Assembly (NCBI GenBank): GCA_028285795.1
Contig: JAPYNL010000053.1
Location: forward strand, 1-44,560
Reading direction: 5' to 3'
DNA: 44,560 bases
From: Arenicellales bacterium
GTDB taxonomy: Bacteria > Pseudomonadota > Gammaproteobacteria > Arenicellales > Poriferihabitantaceae
Of this stretch, positions 40,853 through 44,560 are shown piece by piece. Made by a program: the position numbers and the translations under genes. A model generated the notes under the pieces. That model was given only the letters and a program-made list of their open reading frames with translations, was not told the DNA's origin and did not search any database. Position 1 is the stretch's first letter. Every line of letters starts with the position of its first letter.

Positions 40853-42400
40853 TCATATTCCGGAGACTCGTTGCGGGTGGATTCGGGTTTCCTGACTGAA
40901 GATTTTGTTGGCAGCATTAATATATGCCCTGGCTGATGCAACAACAATGTCCAGGTCGGTGCCATGACCATTGAATATCTCGCCATTTTTTTCAAGGCGA
41001 ACGCTGACCTCTCCCTGAGCATCGCTTCCGCTAGTCACGCTATTGACCGAAAATAGCTGAAGAGCGCTTTCGGTATGCAGTACATCTTCAATTGCCTTGA
41101 AGGTTGCGTCAACGGCTCCATTGCCCGATTGCTCGGAAACAACTTCCCTGTCATCAATCTCAATCACCACTCTTGATGAAGGTAAGGTGCCGGTCTCAGA
41201 ACTGGTTTTGAGATGTTTCAGGGTGAAATGATCGTTTTCGGCACGATTGCCTGTTTCGGTTACCAAGGCCTGGAGGTCGTCATCGAAAATTTCATGCTTG
41301 CTATCTGCCATTCTCTTGAAACGGCGAAAAGCATCATTCATCTCATCTTCACTTGAGAACTCAAACCCCAAATCCTTGAGTCTGTCTACGAATGCGTGCC
41401 TACCGGAGTGCTTTCCGAGAACCATTCGGTTTGAGCCCCAGCCGACATCTTCTGCCAGCATGATTTCATAGGTTTCCCGGGCCTTGATCACTCCATCCTG
41501 ATGAATGCCTGCTTCGTGGGCAAATGCGTTCGCACCAACGATTGCCTTGTTCGGCTGTACCGGAAATCCCGTGATGTTGGAAACCAGTCTACTTGCCGGG
41601 ACAATCTGCGTCGTATCGATACCTGTATTGCAGTTAAATTCATCCTGCCGGGTTCGTACAGCCATCACAATCTCCTCCAATGAAGCATTGCCGGCTCGCT
41701 CACCCAGACCGTTTACCGTGCATTCGACTTGTCTGGCACCAGCCATGACAGCGGACAGAGAATTTGCCACGGCCAACCCCAAATCATTGTGGCAATGAAC
41801 CGAGAAGACTACCTTGTCTGAATTCGGAATGGTTTCGATGAGTCTTTGAATCAAGCTGCCAAACTGCCCCGGCAAGTTGTATCCGACTGTATCCGGGATG
41901 TTGATTGTGGTCGCCCCTGCATGGATAACCTTTTCGATGATATGGCACAGGAAGTCGAATTCCGAACGACCTGCATCTTCCGGCGAGAATTCGACATTAT
42001 CAGTATATTGTCGTGACTGGACAACAGCTGTCACGGCATTTTCCACTACCTGGTCAGCTGACATGCGAAGCTTGCTTCTCATGTGGATTGGCGAAGTCGC
42101 GATGAAAGTATGAATACGCGATGATTCAGACGGCTTCAGGGCCTCACCCGCCTTTTGGACATCGCCGGGATTTGCGCGTGCCAGTGCACACACAACGCTA
42201 TTTTTGACCAGCCCTGCGATAGCATTGACGGACTCGAAATCTCCCGGGCTGGCTGCGGGAAATCCAGCTTCGATCACATCAACTTTCATTTTCTCGAGTT
42301 GACGGGCGATTCGTATTTTCTCCTCCTGTGTCATGGAGGCTCCGGGACTCTGCTCCCCATCGCGCAGGGTAGTATCGAAAATTACAAGTTTTTCTTTCAT
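40853..42400 (-). CDS. leuA: 2-isopropylmalate synthase
   Basis: [45 protein letters not shown]-terminal regulatory domain (GNGAVDA). Confidence 0.98.
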   Translation of the reverse strand: MKEKLVIFDTTLRDGEQSPGASMTQEEKIRIARQLEKMKVDVIEAGFPAASPGDFESVNAIAGLVKNSVVCALARANPGDVQKAGEALKPSESSRIHTFIATSPIHMRSKLRMSADQVVENAVTAVVQSRQYTDNVEFSPEDAGRSEFDFLCHIIEKVIHAGATTINIPDTVGYNLPGQFGSLIQRLIETIPNSDKVVFSVHCHNDLGLAVANSLSAVMAGARQVECTVNGLGERAGNASLEEIVMAVRTRQDEFNCNTGIDTTQIVPASRLVSNITGFPVQPNKAIVGANAFAHEAGIHQDGVIKARETYEIMLAEDVGWGSNRMVLGKHSGRHAFVDRLKDLGFEFSSEDEMNDAFRRFKRMADSKHEIFDDDLQALVTETGNRAENDHFTLKHLKTSSETGTLPSSRVVIEIDDREVVSEQSGNGAVDATFKAIEDVLHTESALQLFSVNSVTSGSDAQGEVSVRLEKNGEIFNGHGTDLDIVVASARAYINAANKIFSQETRIHPQRVSGI

Positions 42401-42434
42401 TTTGCTAACCAAAAAACGGACAATTACAGGTGAC

Positions 42435-42510
42435 TTCTGACTGGTTTGTCGCCAATCAGAAAAGACAGATAGAATTGTGAGAGGAGATTACTGCGCCGCC
42501 GGGCGCAGTA
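42435..42510 (-). promoter_or_regulatory. leuA attenuator-like RNA structures
   Basis: Hairpin tactgcgcc/ggcgcagta (42489-42510) covers the last Leu codons and the leader stop. A pyrimidine-rich tract follows, then a second stem ttctgattgg/ccagtcagaa (42435-42461). Confidence 0.6.
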
Positions 42511-42577
42511 GCAGTAGCAAGCATTCGCCGGAAGCGATCTTGTGGGGGAGAGTTAATACTGTACTTGTGTAATGCAT
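42488..42577 (-). CDS. Leucine-rich leader peptide of leuA (MHYTSTVLTLPHKIASGECLLLLLRPAAQ, 29 aa)
   Basis: ATG...TTG CTA CTG CTA CTG...TAA: five tandem Leu codons, ending 87 nt upstream of leuA. Confidence 0.8.
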   Translation of the reverse strand: MHYTSTVLTLPHKIASGECLLLLLRPAAQ

Positions 42578-42584
42578 GGAACGA

Positions 42585-42613
42585 AGTCTATACAAAGAAC
42601 AATGAATTTACAA
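42585..42613 (-). promoter_or_regulatory. Sigma70-like promoter of the leuA leader
   Basis: TTGTAA (42613-42608), 17 nt, TAGACT (42590-42585), 7 nt, then the leader ATG. Confidence 0.6.
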
Positions 42614-42726
42614 CCACAATTTTTATTCCCCCAATTCAACCCGTTTTCGACTTGCACATCAGATAGAACTCACGTCAAATACGGTTTTGCCCCCTTCATA
42701 TCGAGAATGAGGAGGCTTTTTTGGGA

Positions 42727-43748
42727 TCAAGGCCGCATTTGTCTTCCGACAAATCTCATCAGACTTGGAATGCCCGGCTCATAACAAAGCAACGGATCTT
42801 CCCCTTCCTCCTCACCTGGAACGGCAATCTCCCATACATACCCGATATGCGATAGCTTCTGAACATTCTCTTGAACTATTTCACGACTAACCGGCAGTCC
42901 CTGTTCTGTAGAGATATTCCAACCAATTTCTCAAACTCCTGTACAGGTATGTATTGATTGCCGGATTCATTGAAGGCACTGGCGATATCAGTAGCCAGAG
43001 TAAAACCCATGTTATCCAGTTCATTGTAGCGCTGTCTGTAAATACTGGTGCATTTGATAACCGCGGCAAGCTCAGCCTCCCGGACAGTATCCATCTTCAA
43101 TTTGCGAGACCCGGTTAAAAAAAGCCGGCTTGCAATGCAGTCTCCCCATATTTGCATGAAGTAAGGGTAGTTGTACGCACGATGTGCAATTTCTTCGACA
43201 ACTCCTTCAGTACAGGTAACCTGACAGGAATTAAACGGTATGGTCAGAGCTTTAATGGCATCTTCCGTTGAGAGACGACCCAATGGAAAAATGCTGCTTT
43301 TATCCCAAAAGGTTGCACTGGCTTGATTCAATGTTGTCTCGAGGTTAGGTGTTCCCGCCAAAACCAGGAAAAAGGGACAGTCTTCACCGCGTATGTTTTG
43401 ACTCGCATCCAACAGAATTCCTGCCATGCCAGAAGTCAAGATATGCGCTTCATCCATGATTATAATGAAAGGGTCTTGCTACCCTCTTCCTGCAACAGGT
43501 CTTTGGTAAACTCGGTTGCCATGGATACATCCAGTTCAGCATTGAGGCCGGCAGTTCCCATGCTGGCAGAAATCCCTAGACTCTTGACCTTTTGCAGGAT
43601 TTTCGGATCGCTTCCGGATATGGCCCTAACCAGACCTTCCAGGGTTTTCGCCTTACGCGGCGCAATCCATGTGATATCCAGTCTGCTGCCGATTTTCTCC
43701 AGCGTCTCTTTCTGCAGATAACGCAGCATCGCGGTCTTGCCATTGGGG
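42727..43748 (-). pseudogene. Frameshifted, 5'-truncated P-loop (AAA-type) ATPase
   Basis: Walker A remnant NGKTAMLRYL near 43745. A frameshift near 43475 precedes Walker B PFIIIMDEAH, then LVLAGTP and YPYFMQIWG. A second frameshift near 42885 leads into KLSHIGYVWE...YEPGIPSLMRF, stop at 42727. Confidence 0.8.
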
Positions 43749-43859
43749 TCATACCGGAGTTCCGGGAGAAGACAACCGAATCTTCGACATCATGTCCGAG
43801 AGCGGTCTGCTGACGCTTAATCCCCGGGGCAAGGCGATCTGGCGATGCCGGGTGGCAAT

Positions 43860-44480
43860 CGATGACTGGGTACCCGAGGAACCGTTCTCACTGATTCGCC
43901 TGTCCCACGATACGATCTGGAGCGATCCTGAAGCGGTGCCGGTCTTTGGAGGAACCATTGAAGTTGCAGGCGACAGTCAGAAGAACACCGATGCCGTTCC
44001 TGAAGACGCTTCCTCGGCCGGATCCGGTGATCGACAGGCGGTGGTTCCGGATTCCGCATCGGCATTTCATGGTTGAGAGAGTGACTGCCTTGTTGTGGGG
44101 GTTAGGCGGCTACGTTTTTAGTGTCGGCTGGGAGTTGCTGCCAATACTGGTTTTCACGTGCGGACTCACGGCATTGGCGTTCATTGATCTGGAACACTTC
44201 ATTCTTCCAGGCCATATTGTCGGTCCATTGTTGTTATATGGGGCTTCTGGTCAATACGAATGTAGCGGTTGCGCCAACACTGAATTCAGCGGTATGGGGC
44301 GCAGCGGGTGGCTTTCTTGCGCTTTGGATGATTCGTTCCGGCCATCAGGCCATTACCCTGAGGCAGGATGGCCTGGGGCTGGGTGATTGTAAAATGATGG
44401 CAGCGATCGGGGCCTGGCTGGGGTGGGGTGCACTCCGCGGCCTATCCGCGATTTCCGTGGACAGGCCGGGGCCGAACTGA
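43860..44480 (+). pseudogene. pilD: Frameshifted prepilin peptidase (A24 family)
   Basis: RIPHRHFMVERVTALLW and LAFIDLEHFILP in one frame; GLLVN..SAVWGAAGG and GLGLGDCKMMAAIGAWLGW in another. The Zn-binding CxxC motifs are not recognisable and the 5' boundary is approximate. Confidence 0.8.
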
Positions 44481-44560
44481 CCGTCTTCCTGGCATGGGCA
44501 GGAATTGCTGTCCCGACTGTCCCTGTTTCTGTAATCGACGTCAGATGGCCCATCGTGCTC

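Noticed and set aside
40852-41022. Long N-terminal extension of udg in the ORF track
   Set aside because: It overlaps leuA in another frame, and the ATG at 40851 fits better. The same reasoning was used to shorten miaA, recN, bamE and the acyl-CoA synthetase.
1-44560. CRISPR array, rRNA, integrase, intact transposase or prophage genes
   Set aside because: No regularly spaced repeats and no matching ORFs or motifs were seen. The many short antisense ORFs in the track are shadows of real genes.

Overview
A roughly 44.5-kb chromosomal window from a bacterium whose core genes look gammaproteobacterial (queG/nnr/tsaE/amiB/mutL/miaA, orn, rsmE, rsmJ, fabI, hrcA, nadK-recN, bamE, dsbC, mdh, leuA). 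The left 13.6 kb is an accessory island bracketed by a LysR gene and a decayed, collinear copy of its own 3' end (50 mismatches in 217 nt by hand count, about 77% identity). The island holds a CoA-transferase III remnant, an AT-rich flavin amino-acid oxidase/2-monooxygenase (IaaM/DavB-like) and a divergent operon. That operon encodes a flotillin, an amide/urea-type ABC importer whose last ATPase is fused in frame to a signature amidase, and an acyl-CoA synthetase. Together these suggest an amino acid -> amide -> acid -> acyl-CoA route, which is an inference. Elsewhere there is an unannotated Leu-rich leader peptide upstream of leuA that appears to be leaderless and lacks a classical terminator, an orphan tungsten-type AOR subunit, and several pseudogene remnants (two ATPases, pilD). 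No rRNA, tRNA or CRISPR array was found. All calls come from reading motifs by eye; no searches were run.
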